This document shows positions 13,241 to 24,795 of a stretch of DNA of 64,000 nt, piece by piece (the stretch's first letter is position 1; the number at the start of each line of letters is the position of its first letter). The notes beneath the pieces were generated by a model. That model was not told the DNA's origin. It was given only the letters and a program-made list of their open reading frames with translations, and searched no databases. The position numbers and the translations under genes were made by a program. Source of the stretch: Felis catus. Its lineage: Eukaryota. The stretch lies in assembly GCF_018350175.1 (NCBI RefSeq), contig NC_058368.1, positions 52,267,815 through 52,331,814 on the forward strand, given 5' to 3'.

Positions 13241-13369
13241 GTCTACAGTAATTTACCTCTCTAATCTGAGATGTTACCTACTATTACTGATAAGAAGTTC
13301 AGTGTCGGGTTTTTTTTTCCACTGCAGTTAACTTGCTGTGCTCGTAAGTGTTGAGATCGTCTCTTTGTC

Positions 13370-13673
13370 CATTATGCCAAGTGAAATAAGTCAGTCATAA
13401 AGGGACAGATACTGTGTGATCCTTCTTATATGAGGAGCTTAGAGCAGTCAAATTCAAGGAGACAGAAAGTAGAATAGTGGTTGCCATGGCTGCGGGGAGG
13501 AGGCACTGGGAGTTAGTGTTTAACAAGGAGAGTCTCCATTTTGGAAGATGCAAACAGTTCTGGAGATGGCAGTGGGGATGGCCGCACAACAACACGAAAG
13601 TACTTAATGTACTAATGCTGTTGAGTTGTCTACTTACAAATGGTTAAGATGGTAAAAAAAAAAAAAAAGAAAA
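13370..13673 (+). mobile_element. L1MB-type 3'UTR fragment with poly(A) and TSD
   Basis: 'AAGTGAAATAAGTCAGTCA...GACAGAAAGTAGAATAGTGGTTGCC...TTCTGGAGATGG'; A tail from 13654; TSD AGATCGTCTCTTTGTC / AGATTTTCTCTTTGTC. Confidence 0.88.
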
Positions 13674-14739
13674 AGATTTTCTCTTTGTCTTTAGAGTTTA
13701 GAAGTTTTGCCTAAAATCTTTGTCCTACATGCATAACTTTCGTTTTCAGTCTTCCCGAGGCTAGGGGAGCTTGTTCTTCAACTTATAAAAAAATTTCATC
13801 TATCCTTTTTAAATTAGTTCTCTCTTCTGTCAGTACTTTTATTTCCTGGTGGAACTTGCGTTACTTACATGAGGTTTCCTGGGCCTCTCCCTGAAGTGTT
13901 ATCTTTGCCTTCATAATTTTCATTTCTTATGAAATGGATTGTATTCATTCGGATGATCCATATAATGAAGACGGATGTTATTGTACTTGGTCACCTTACA
14001 AGCTCAGGTCTCTGTGTTAAATTTCCTAAGAGGTGGCAATCAGTTAAGTGGGAAGTCATCAGAGATGCACAGTGCTTACCCTCTCCCAGACTGGGACATC
14101 CTCTGGTTCCTGTCCTCCGGCCACAGATGCCATCCAAGGAGTTCCTTTTTGGCTTCCCAAGGACAGAAACAACAAACACCCTCATGAAAACATCTGTGAT
14201 TGTGCTGTCGTTGCTGGCTGTTTGTGTGCATAGCTGTCACGGACTCTGGTCATCCACGGAGATCTGACTGTTACAGGTTGTGGAGCAGGGAAAGTTAATG
14301 GATGTGATACTTTGACGAGATCAAAACTAGCATTTCCTAACTCCATTCTGGGCTCTCCCCTGCCACCCCATTCTTTACATTTTTCTATCTATTGATTGCG
14401 TAAACCTTGGTGCAGCCTCCGCAGGTTGTGAATATGTTTCAACGCTTCTGTGTTGAAAAAAACTAAATGGAGACTTACTAGAAAGAAAGGCCTTTTAAGG
14501 CAAGAGCTAAATATTTTATTTTGATTGAAACAAAGAATGTATGAAGAGCTCTGCACCAGTGGATGCTCAATCAGTGCTGCTGGCTGACTGAAATGGCTTT
14601 AATATGGCTAGGTCAAAGGGAGAGAGGAATGTTTCATTTTATTTTAAGGAAAATTTAAAGTTTTCTTGAAAAATTTTAGTTTGGTTGTAAATACATTCTT
14701 CAATAATTTAAGTTTTCTCAATCTTCATCATGCATTTTT

Positions 14740-14958
14740 TTTTAAATTTTTTTTTCAACGTTTATTTATTTTTGGGACAGAGAGAGACAGAGCATGAATG
14801 GGGGAGGGGCAGAGAGAGAGGGAGACACAGAATCGGAAACAGGCTCCAGGCTCTGAGCCATCAGCCCAGAGCCTGACACAGGGCTCAAACTCACGGACCG
14901 CGAGATCGTGACCTGGCTGAAGTCGGACGCTTAACCGACTGTGCCACCCAGGCGCCCC
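14740..14958 (-). mobile_element. Young SINEC_Fc
   Basis: Near consensus; perfect 15-bp TSD TCATCATGCATTTTT (14725-14739, 14959-14973). Confidence 0.97.
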
Positions 14959-14989
14959 TCATCATGCATTTTTAAAAGTTTTATAACTA

Positions 14990-15209
14990 GGAGCACCTGA
15001 GTGGCTCAGTTGGTTGAGCGTCCGACTTCGGCTCAGGTCATAATCTCACAGTTCGTGGGTTTGAGCCCCACATCAGGCTCTGTGCTGACAGCTCACAGCC
15101 TGGAGCCTGCTTCAGATTTTGTTCTCCCTCTCTCCCTGTCCCTCCCCTGCTCACACTTCATCTCTCTCTCTCTCAAAAATAAATAAACATTAAAAAGATT
15201 TTTTTTTAA
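14990..15209 (+). mobile_element. Felid Can-SINE
   Basis: GGAGCACCTGAGTGGCTCAGTTGGTTGAGCG head; TSD TTTTATAACTA. Confidence 0.96.
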
Positions 15210-15692
15210 TTTTATAACTAATGCCAACCTAAAATAGCTTAAGGTGCATGTTTTCTGATTTATATTTAATACAAAAGGCTTTATATTGTGCTAATGCTAT
15301 AGTTAGGTATCACTTTTTTTATTGAAGAGGTAAGAATACCACGAAGCACAAATTAATGTTGAAGTTTTGGAGCTCCATTATTCTTTTTAAGGGTTTAGTT
15401 TTTTAAATACATTCGTATGCATCAAACTAAAGAGTAAGAGACCTTTAAACTTGTGCTTTTTTTCCTTACGTTCTGACAGATTCTTGAATGATAACCAAAG
15501 TCATCCATGGATCATCAAAATCTTCACAAACACATAAGCAAACAAGGTTATTTGGAAGATGTTAGTTTACATATGTCCAGAATTAGTCATATAAATCCCC
15601 ATCCATCAAGTTATTTGTCCGTGGGAGAAACGTACAGAGGATTACTCTTCATCACTAACCAGGGCTTTGGCCCCGAATCTCTATCTACTTAC

Positions 15693-15992
15693 ATAGTGAG
15701 CTGTATCTCGGCCCAAGTGAATCCTAATGCCTTTTATTGCCTCTCTGTCTTCCGGCCCAGAATTGAACAAAGTCAGCCAGACCGCCAGTTCCGTTCCTTT
15801 TCTCTCTCTATTTTTCAAGCAAGAGAAAGTCTCAACTGGGAACTCCATACCAGCTTCCAAGAGGGCAGAGTCCATCCCAAAGCCATTCTCAAAAGGAAAA
15901 AAAAAAGGCACTTCACAGAGAAGCTAGAGCTCTTTACTCGTTTTTCTGCCTCTTCAAAAATCTTCTGCCCCACTGACATCTGAGTTCCTGAC
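15693..15992 (-). other. Candidate 300-nt non-coding exon
   Basis: Acceptor CCTGTTCCCTGTTCCTTCGCTGCAG| and donor |GTAAGT on minus; no frame stays open across it. Confidence 0.35.
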
Positions 15993-16194
15993 CTGCAGCG
16001 AAGGAACAGGGAACAGGTTGGCAACACAAGGCTCCTTCTCAGGAGTGAAGCTCTGAGGGTGGCTTACGGACCAACTCGTCAGGCCAGGCGGGCTAGGGAG
16101 TGTCCTGTACTCGGCCTCCACAGAACAGGGGGTGAGGCCATTTTATTCCAGTAGAGCTTTCACAGAAAGCTTATATTAGTCATAACTCTTCAAA

Positions 16195-16505
16195 AATTGT
16201 TGCATTGTTATAAGATACACATAACAAAATCTAACGCCTTAGTCATTTAAAAAGGTAGTCACATTGTCGGGGGACCATCACTACCATCCACCTCCAGAAC
16301 TCTTTTTTGTCTTGAAAAACGGAAACTCTGTTCCTACTAAATGATAACATCCCACTACACCCTTCCCCACAGCTCCTGACAACTATCATTCTACTTCCTG
16401 ACTTTGACCGGTTGAGCCACCTCACGTAAGTGGAATCACATAGCATTTATCTCTTTGTGACTGGCTTATGTCACCCAGCGTGATGTCCTCAAGCTTCGTA
16501 TATAT
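16195..16505 (-). mobile_element. L1MB-type 3' end
   Basis: 'CATCACTACCATCCACCTCCAGAAC...CATTCTACTT...GTAAGTGGAATCACATAG...GACTGGCTTAT' L1MB 3'UTR antisense. Confidence 0.85.
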
Positions 16506-17014
16506 CATATTAATAATTCTTATATTCTTAAACTTTGCATTCGTGCCGCGAGAACCGCTTTCATTATGTCATATCCGCTTGTAATCATGTAATAGTGTAA
16601 GTTTATCCCTACTAACAATTTTTCATCCCATTTGTGTGTTATTGTTAACATTTGCTGATTTTGCAAGATTTTACCGTCACTAGTTCACACATGGTGACGA
16701 GTTTGAAAACATTTTTAGGAGCGAATGTGGGAATAAGAATGATAATGTGAAGGCTTCACCTCACAGGAACATTATAGTGTAAACAATGAAGAAAATCCCA
16801 GGATAAAGACAAAATATAAACCTATTTATACTGGGATCGATGCACTTAAGCGTAAGGAATATAAACAAAAGCCTGAAGAAGAACAGGTCATGTGGGTGGA
16901 CAAAAGTTTATTTCATCTGACCAGCAATTTGCTCCAAGACGACAGTGTGCAGTCTTTCGTAACACTTTTGTCAAAAGGTGGCATAAAGGTGTTGCAGTTT
17001 TAAAAATTAATTTT

Positions 17015-17237
17015 ATTTTTTTATTATTATTTTTTTCAACGTTTATTTATTTTTGGGGACAGAGAGAGACAGAGCATGAACGGGGAGGGGCAGAGAGAGG
17101 GAGACACAGAATCGGAAACAGGCTCCAGGCTCTGAGCCATCAGCCCAGAGCCTGATGCGGGGCTCGAACTCACGGACCGCGAGATCGTGACCTGGCTGAA
17201 GTCAGACGCTTAACCGACTGCGCCACCCAGGCGCCCC
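17015..17237 (-). mobile_element. Young SINEC_Fc
   Basis: Near consensus; TSD TTAAAAATTAATTTTA. Confidence 0.97.
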
Positions 17238-17288
17238 TTAAAAATTAATTTTAAATAAAAGAACTCTTCCAGCAAATGAGAGTTTTCT

Positions 17289-17498
17289 TTTTTTTCAACG
17301 TTTATTTATTTTTCGGACAGAGAGAGACAGAGCATGAACGGGGGAGGGGCAGAGAGAGAGGGAGACACAGAATCGGAAACAGGCTCCAGGCTCTGAGCCA
17401 TCAGCCCAGAGCCTGACACGGGGCTCGAACTCACGGACCGCGAGATCGTGACCTGGCTGAAGTCGGACGCTCAACCGACTGCGCCACCCAGGCGCCCC
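17289..17498 (-). mobile_element. Young SINEC_Fc flanked by a 51-bp direct repeat
   Basis: 17238-17288 is identical to 17499-17549. Confidence 0.97.
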
Positions 17499-18762
17499 TT
17501 AAAAATTAATTTTAAATAAAAGAACTCTTCCAGCAAATGAGAGTTTTCTAAACCTTTGCAGTTAGATGGATTTCAACCCTAAAACTTGGCTTCCAAAAAC
17601 TGTAAATAAAAGAAACGCGACTGACAAGTGCGGCGGTCACCCGGGAAGCTTTATCACTCTGTGAGTTTTTTTAGAGGTTAGCACTCGTTACGGTGGCAGC
17701 TCTTCTTCCGACTTCTAACTGTTGCCTTGTACAGCTCCTTTCACTGCCCCAGACACACGGAATAAGCTTTTCATTTGTAAACCATATCGTTCCTTATGTC
17801 TTCTCTCCAAAGGCATTGCAACCAGCATTTTGAAACACCATACCAACAGCTTGGTTAGCTTCCTTCCTTTGGTTCTTTCCTGTCCCGTTTTGGGCACTCA
17901 TTCCCAGTGAGTATTCCCTGTAAGTCATGGTCATGGACCAGATCTCAAATGCTACCATTTTAAGATTGTATTCATTATTCATATTTCTGCTATGAACTTC
18001 ATATTTATTTTCCTACTTACAAAATGTCATGTGTCATGTGTGTATCAACCTCCTGCCATGGGTAAAATTATATTCGTTTTTTAAATGCTTTGAAAATAGT
18101 GAGAACAGTTAAAATACTTTCTATCACAGATTTCTCTCCAGAGGAAATAAAACACACGGGTAAAATGGCAACACCTTGAAAGATTGTTTTTATTATTCAG
18201 AGAGGAGTGTTCTAGAACTCTCCTGAATTGTTTTAAATGGGACAAAATCGTATTCTTATTTTAACAGGAAGCCTATATGTACAAAGACCTTGAAGGGATG
18301 CTTCTCATTTGTGGTTATCAAGTCATTTTTCTTTCCCAGCATTATTATCCTCCACTTGGAGAGTATAAAGGGAAATACCACAAGGTTAAGAGACTTCCTT
18401 ATGGCAAACAATTAATCTGTTGCAGGGGTCACAAGGAAACTTCCCAAGCAACAGTCTGGCCTTGCTAATCAGTAGACATGATTCCTTCTTGTAGGGCAGC
18501 TTGGCCTGAAAACACTACAGGGGGGATCTAAATAAATAAAACGTGAGCTATATGTGGCCAAGTGGCTTCTTTGTTTGTTGGAAGACTACCCGAGACAAAA
18601 GAGGCTCTGCGTTCAGCAGGAAGTAAGGAGGCAAATTTGCTCATCTGTCTTGAGAACACATGTGCTTATTGCTACCTGCATTCGGTCGACATATACTCCT
18701 TCCGTTCAAATGTACTCTAGCTCATATACAGTTCTCCGACTATCTGAACTGTTCAATTTTAG

Positions 18763-18948
18763 ATGTGTGAACCTCCAAAACAGTGAAGCAAACAATCCTA
18801 TTCAGTATCAAACAAAATTCGAAGAAGTCTATAGTGCTAATAGTGCGAGCTTACTCCCGGAAGAAAAGGATTAAAAGGGGCAAGAATCTACATGGGAGGA
18901 ATCTCTCCCCGCTGCATACAACATACGACTGCGCAGGAGAAGCCATAG
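18763..18948 (+). other. Candidate 186-nt non-coding exon
   Basis: TTTTAG| acceptor and AG|GTAAGA donor; stops in all three frames. Confidence 0.3.
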
Positions 18949-19569
18949 GTAAGACTTTAAATGAACAGAATTAGCAATGAGAGAGGATGTAGATGTTTTC
19001 TGGAGGGGAGAGAATGAGTTTAAGAAGAGCAGCTTCAGAATCTCAAATGCTGAACCTGAAAACAAGTGTTGGTTTACTTATAAATTACCGGTGAAAGAGG
19101 CTCCCTCTTAAAACCACAGAATTGGAATGGACTATTTAAACACCATTAGGAACAAAATTAGACAAATATATGGAACACAGAGCAGAATAGAGGATACCTT
19201 CTTATACTCAGAACTTTTAATGTGTTAGAAAGGAGCAGGAAAGAGAACAAATGTCATTAGAGAGAAAATGATATTAAATGGCCCCACTTGTCATCAAAAT
19301 CTGCCGTCAGCTCTTTGCAGCTGAATACTCTGCCATCACAAACATACCCAGTGTTTGTTACTTGTTATTGATTCTTTTTGATATAGAGAGTTTTTATCAC
19401 TATTGATAATATTTTTGTCTTGCTCTGTGTTAGAGAGTAAGGTCATAGTGGGGTCTCCTCTGCAAGTTCACACCGGACCAAACTTTGTACCCGGACTCCC
19501 ACAGAACCCCGGGCAACTGTGTCACAGCACTTAGCATGTTAGCCAGCCGCTATCAGTGGGACAGTTCTA

Positions 19570-19672
19570 TGCCCCACATTAGATAGCAAGCTCCCTGTGG
19601 GCAAAGACTGCATCTTTGTACTCTCAGTATCTAGCAGAGCACATAGTAAAGACAAAGTACTCAAATATTTGA
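19570..19672 (+). mobile_element. L2 3' end fragment
   Basis: 'TAGATAGCAAGCTCCCTGTGGGCAAAGACTG...GTACTCAAATATTTG'. Confidence 0.65.
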
Positions 19673-20269
19673 CCTAAGGAAAAATCAATTTATTCCACCC
19701 CAAGTAGAAGGTGAATTTTATTCAAAATGTGATGACTCTTTTAGCCAAATGTAAACAGCTTGGGCTATAATCAGCAGCTTTCATTTGGTTTGTAAATCAT
19801 GACCTTGAGTCCTCTGTTCAGTAAAGTTTTCTAAGTTCTCAAAATCTGGGCCAGAAATCTGCACCTGGTGGCTTTCTCCCTTCTTCTTCCCAAAGTGAGT
19901 GTGTATTCTTGAATCTTACTTTCTCTCAAGTGAGTTCTTTGACTTCCTGCCTAACCTGGGAACTCTGTGGAACGCTCTTACTTTAATCAATAGTCTAGAG
20001 TCAAGATACTTAACCAAAAGCCTCAAAATATCCTTTACATTTTCTCATAGATGATCTCTCCCTCACATCATCTCCTAATGGCTGTCCAGTTTATCCTAGG
20101 GGCTCCGATATGTCACATGCATAGCGGACCGTTGGAGAGAAATGTCGTGAAGATTCAGGATGCTGCTACACTGGTGAAGTTTCTAGTGCATCAGTGGTCC
20201 AAGGCATGCTAGACAATCCCCTCTAAGACAGGTGACAGACTGTTGCATCTTATAGCTTTTACCAGTAAG

Positions 20270-20525
20270 AGAAAAACATGGAAGGAGTTGACCTTAGGTT
20301 GACTGCTATAAGATTATTAAATGGGAACAAAAGATGGAATTCCTGACTGAGTAAAGAATATAAACCAAGGTCTAAAGGTGTGAAACAGCATGCTTTCTGT
20401 GGGGAAGCAAAAGCAATTTGATATCATGAGAGCATAAAGTGAAAGGCAAGGGGTGTTGAAAGAAGTGATTGGAAAGGTAGCGTTAAAATGATGAGTTTAA
20501 CCACTGAAGAGTCTTAATCAGGAGA
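20270..20525 (-). mobile_element. L2 fragment
   Basis: Purine-rich L2 antisense pattern 'AAAGGTGTGAAACAGCATG...CCACTGAAGAGTCTTAATCAGGAGA'. Confidence 0.55.
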
Positions 20526-20529
20526 GACG

Positions 20530-20960
20530 TTTTATCTTTGTTTTCCAAGAAAGCAGAGCCTGAGGCAAAGCTCATGTGTTACTAATTTATTAGAAAATAT
20601 CACAGGAAAGCAGGAAAGAGGGTGAAAGGAAGTAGCAGAGGACAGAAGCAAGACTGAACTGAGGAGGTTTCTAAGCTGTCCAGGGCAACTAATCACTCAC
20701 GCTCACAGAATTGTCTTCTGAGAAACCACGTGAACACCTGCGAAAGACGACCCATTCAGGAAAAGAAGGGTAGAAGGATTTATCTGCCGTTTTCAGTTTT
20801 TATTGATCAAAAGTTCACCCCATTGTGGGTTAAGTCCTTCCACTTGCTTGATGTCCCACAATCAGGTAGGTGCTCTGCTGTATAATTCCTCCGAGTCAGA
20901 AGTCATAACCTTGTTTGCATGTAACTCTGCCTCTTGGGACTTACCAGAGACGCCACACAG
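20530..20960 (-). mobile_element. ERVL LTR (LTR33/LTR16-like), probable 3' LTR of the adjacent provirus
   Basis: 'TTCCAAGAAAGCAGAGCCTGAGGCAAAG...TTTATTAG' antisense U5 pattern, adjoining ERVL internal sequence. Confidence 0.65.
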
Positions 20961-23025
20961 CATCCCTACCCACCACAATCATCTCTACCCCTACCAAATC
21001 TGCAGGGTCCTACCGTGTGAGTGGTGTGGAAACTCACATAATAGTCTGAACTTACTGAAAAACATGACATGGCTACCTTCTAGGTCACCTCTTTAATAGG
21101 CTGGATCAGCATTAACAAATGTGGTATATGCTACCTCCAAAATCCAAAGAGTTCAAGTGTTATGCTACTTCTTAGCAGAGAGTTGATTTTTAGAGATGAT
21201 GCCCTGGTACATCTCAGACCACTGAACCACTGAAAATCTCATCAGTGTGACATAGTCCTGAATTTTTGTCAACTTTATCTCTAACTTCTGACATACGTGT
21301 GTTACATTAGTACCTTAATATCCTTATCACTTTCCACTCACAGGTGCCAAATAACATTAAGCCATGAATACACTGGATCTTTAACCAGACAATCAATGTC
21401 TCTGAAGACTATATTTTGACAGAAAGCTAGGATTTAACACAGATCAGGGTCAGGAGAGTAAATATGTGCTGCTGCCCTTGCCGTGTAAAAGTGAACTATT
21501 TTGGAATCTCCCTATTGGTGGTGTTCAAGAAGAATGCATTTGCCAGATCAGCATCTACAAACCAAGTGTGTTCGGCTGTGTTGATGCCGCTGTACTTTTA
21601 AATTTATGATAGCCTACCATCACCCGCCCATGTTGTTGTTGTTGTTGCAGGTTGTTTTGCTGTGGCTGGATGGATGAGTTGAATGAGAATATAATGGAGA
21701 CCCCTACTCTGGAGTCTTTTAAGTCTTTCAAGGAAGTGCAGCTCTGTATTTTCTCCCCGCATTCAGTATTTCTTCTATTTATCTACTTTGACTAGGGAGT
21801 GGGAATTCTATACCTTCTACTTGCCCTTTTCCTATCAAACTGGCCCCTGCTCCATTGCTCAGGACCATTTTGTCAAGTTCTAGGTTTGTATTTCAAAATT
21901 ATATATTTAGGGATTATGAAATCACCAAAGGGTGGGTTTGAGGGCCCTCGGTACCCATTCTTTATGTAAATCAAAACTTTATTTACAATTTATCCTCTTC
22001 TTCTACAAGCCCTTGCTCTACCTAGAAGATCACAATGACACTTCATGGCATCATCTCATACCCTATAGATGTTGAGGAAAAATGAATGTATTTCCCATTC
22101 TGTATTGCAGAGCTACTCTGATAAATCATCCTAGGTCACTTTGGGGAGGGATTAGAAGAATATTTAATGTATATACCTGCAGTGGTGTTGCAAGGTACTT
22201 ACATAAGGGATCAAGGTTTTTCCCTACAAATCCATGGCCACTAAGTCTGGAAATGTACTTAGATTTGGAAAATGAACAATGCTCCATGGTTTTTGGTGTC
22301 TGAATTCTCTTAGCCTCCTATTACTTTTCTAAAATTATGTAAGTTGAGCACAACCCTGGGAAGCTTCTCTTTATTTTGCCCCTAGATTCTAAGTAACTAT
22401 TTAGCTCTGTCATAGATTCTTGTGGTTGAAAGTAACCTCAAGGTCTTCCCAGCCTTACTGTTCAATTCAGAAATGCATCTACCTTGCCTCTGACTTTTAA
22501 GTGCTACCACATAGCTTCTGCAATGCCGGAATCCCATTATTCCCATCAGTACTAGAATTTATCTCCCACGGTTGATCTGAGTCTAGAGAAGACAGCAGTC
22601 ATGGTACTTCTTTTGAGAAGCTGCCATCTACCTACCCTCACCAGCACACTTTGGTCTTAGTTAAGGGTAAGTCCTGTAGTGCTCAGTAAACTTATCAGGT
22701 GGTAGATTTTCAGTTCTTACACAGTAAATTCACTTTAACATTTCCACCTCTTTAAGTCTTCTATCCTTTGAGCCTTATATGCCTTATTCTTTACTTGTTA
22801 TCTTTACCTCATTTCTAATAAACCATGATGATGTTCAAACTTCAGGGAGTTGCCCCAGTAGACAACCCAAAAAAGGTTAGGGGTGTTCTTTTCAGAACAC
22901 CAAATCCCGAGTCACAGGTAAATGCCTATGCCAATAAATTCTCTCCTGCCCATCTTTATAAGTCATTATTCCAATACAAAATTCTGCATATATACTCCTA
23001 AATCTGTTTCTTGGTTCCTACCAGG
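20961..23025 (-). mobile_element. ERVL (class III) internal remnant, heavily deleted gag-pol
   Basis: Minus translation DLANAFF (21529-21549; RT motif as in ERVL 'IDLANAFF') and GPQTHPLVIS (21917-21946; ERVL protease-region motif). Confidence 0.8.
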
Positions 23026-23169
23026 ACATATCAGCCAAGTGAGTACAAGAATTGCTCAGTTTACTACCTAAAGACAGTTTCAAGACCAGAGAACAGGAAT
23101 AAAGACTTGGTAGTCTTACTTAGGTGAGGGGTTGAGTCGCTTTTTGAGGAGGTTCATGCAGCTAGAATT

Positions 23170-23430
23170 TGTAGACAGAATATGAGAGAGGGAGAGAGAG
23201 AGACAATTCAGAAATCCTCATAGGAGTGTCCTTGTGCCTTTGGCTGAGTTTTATGGAAACTACAAACCCAGAAATCCCGAGTTTGATAGAAACTACAAAC
23301 CCAAAAATCCAAGAAGTTGAACCAGTCCCAAGCAGAAGAAACAAAGACATATGATAGTCAAATTGCTGAAGACTAGTGATGAAAACATTAAAAGCAGCAA
23401 GAAAAAAAGAGACACATTACATGCAAACCT
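23170..23430 (+). mobile_element. Old L1 ORF1 fragment with an internal 33-bp tandem duplication
   Basis: 'CCAAGCAGAAGAAAC...AGTCAAATTGCTGAAGAC...AAAAGCAGCAAGAAAAAAAGAGACACATTACAT'; repeat units 23246-23278 and 23279-23311. Confidence 0.75.
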
Positions 23431-23884
23431 GCACATTATATACTAATCAAGCAGTATCCTCCTATACTCCATGCACTATTTCATTTTCTGCAGTTTGAAT
23501 GATGTTGATCAGATTTCCTGCTTGGATCTTCTGCACATCATTACACGAAACAACCTAGGTTTGTGCTAAATGAATTCATCTGTTCTTAGCAATTAATAAA
23601 GCTAAAATATGTCCTGTAGACAAGGAAATGCATTTGCCCATACATCAGTCAATGCCTTTAGTTGAATCTTAAGTTGATCATAAATATAGTTTTCACCCTA
23701 TAACATGTATGTCACAGTCTATTAACTGTGCACAGTCTGCATTATTTTATATAATCCTCACAATAAACTTAGTGGGATATATATTAGTATTTCCACCTTG
23801 AAAGTGAGTAATCTGAGTGGAAGAGTTAAAGGAATTTCAGAACTACCCCTTGAGTTAAAAAAAAGATGCTTTTCTGAATGTCTT

Positions 23885-23885
<1 letters not shown>

Positions 23886-23918
<33 letters not shown>

Positions 23919-23942
23919 TGTTTGTGTGTGTGTGTGTGTGTG
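23886..23942. repeat. (TG)n microsatellite, interrupted
   Basis: Seen directly. Confidence 0.98.
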
Positions 23943-24179
23943 TTGTCTTATTCACATTGTTATATTGCTATCTGAGTAACTAAGTGCTGCCTGTAAGACC
24001 AACTTTCACCGGAATAAAGACGTCACATGTTCCAAAGTTCTATTAAAGATACTTGAAGGGCAAGAAGAGAGTCCATCTTAGTAAAAACACTCAAGACTTC
24101 ACTCCTGCTCACATCCTTGAACCTGGATGCCTCCTGTTTCTTGTGTTTAGAGTTAAGAAAATCATGTGGAAAAAACTCT

Positions 24180-24385
24180 ATTATTTATTGTGTAGTTACC
24201 ATGACCAAGCCCCATACTAGGCCTCTTAAATTAGATGTTTCATTTAATTTTCACAACTTAGAGATGAGTACAGTGATCACATTTTGCAGATGAAGAAATG
24301 AATCTCAGAGAGATTAAATGACTTGACCAAGATGACAAAGCTAGCTAATGACAATCAGCCATTTGAACCTAGGTGCCTAATGGAA
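24180..24385 (-). mobile_element. MIR
   Basis: 'CATTTTGCAGATGAAGAAATGAATCTCAGAGAGATTAAATGACTTGACCAAG' MIR core. Confidence 0.88.
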
Positions 24386-24603
24386 ACCCTCGACAGAACC
24401 TATTAAATTTTATTTTCCTCAGGTTTCTACATCTGCATTGGACATTTCTTGCCACTGAGTTGTACAAATCTATCCTTGGTTTGTCTTCTACATCTGGGAT
24501 GGCCTCATGTCCTGGTTCCAAGAAATGCCTTTATTTTGTTTATGTCAATTGTCCTGGTATTCCATCTGGTTAGCCCCTCTTTCTTTCTCTAAACAGACTC
24601 ACG

Positions 24604-24795
24604 GGAGGCCCTGGGTGGCTCAGTCTTTAAGGGTCCAACTTCAGCTCACGTCATGATCTCACAGTCCGTGGGTTTGAGCCCTGCGTCAGGCTGTGTTTTG
24701 ACAGAGTTGCCTGCTTGGGATTCTCTCTCTCCCTCTCTCTCTGCCCCTCCCCCTCCAAAATAAATACACAAAAACTTTTTAAAAAGTTTAAAAAA
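24604..24795 (+). mobile_element. Can-SINE
   Basis: SINE head and tail; TSD core GACTCACG. Confidence 0.93.

Noticed and set aside
15507..15983. Longest non-L1 ORF (158 aa, plus strand)
   Set aside because: No recognisable domain; the splice signals here favour the opposite strand.
23246..23311. 33-bp direct repeat superficially like a CRISPR repeat
   Set aside because: Two adjacent copies with no spacer, inside an L1 ORF1 fragment of a mammalian genome.
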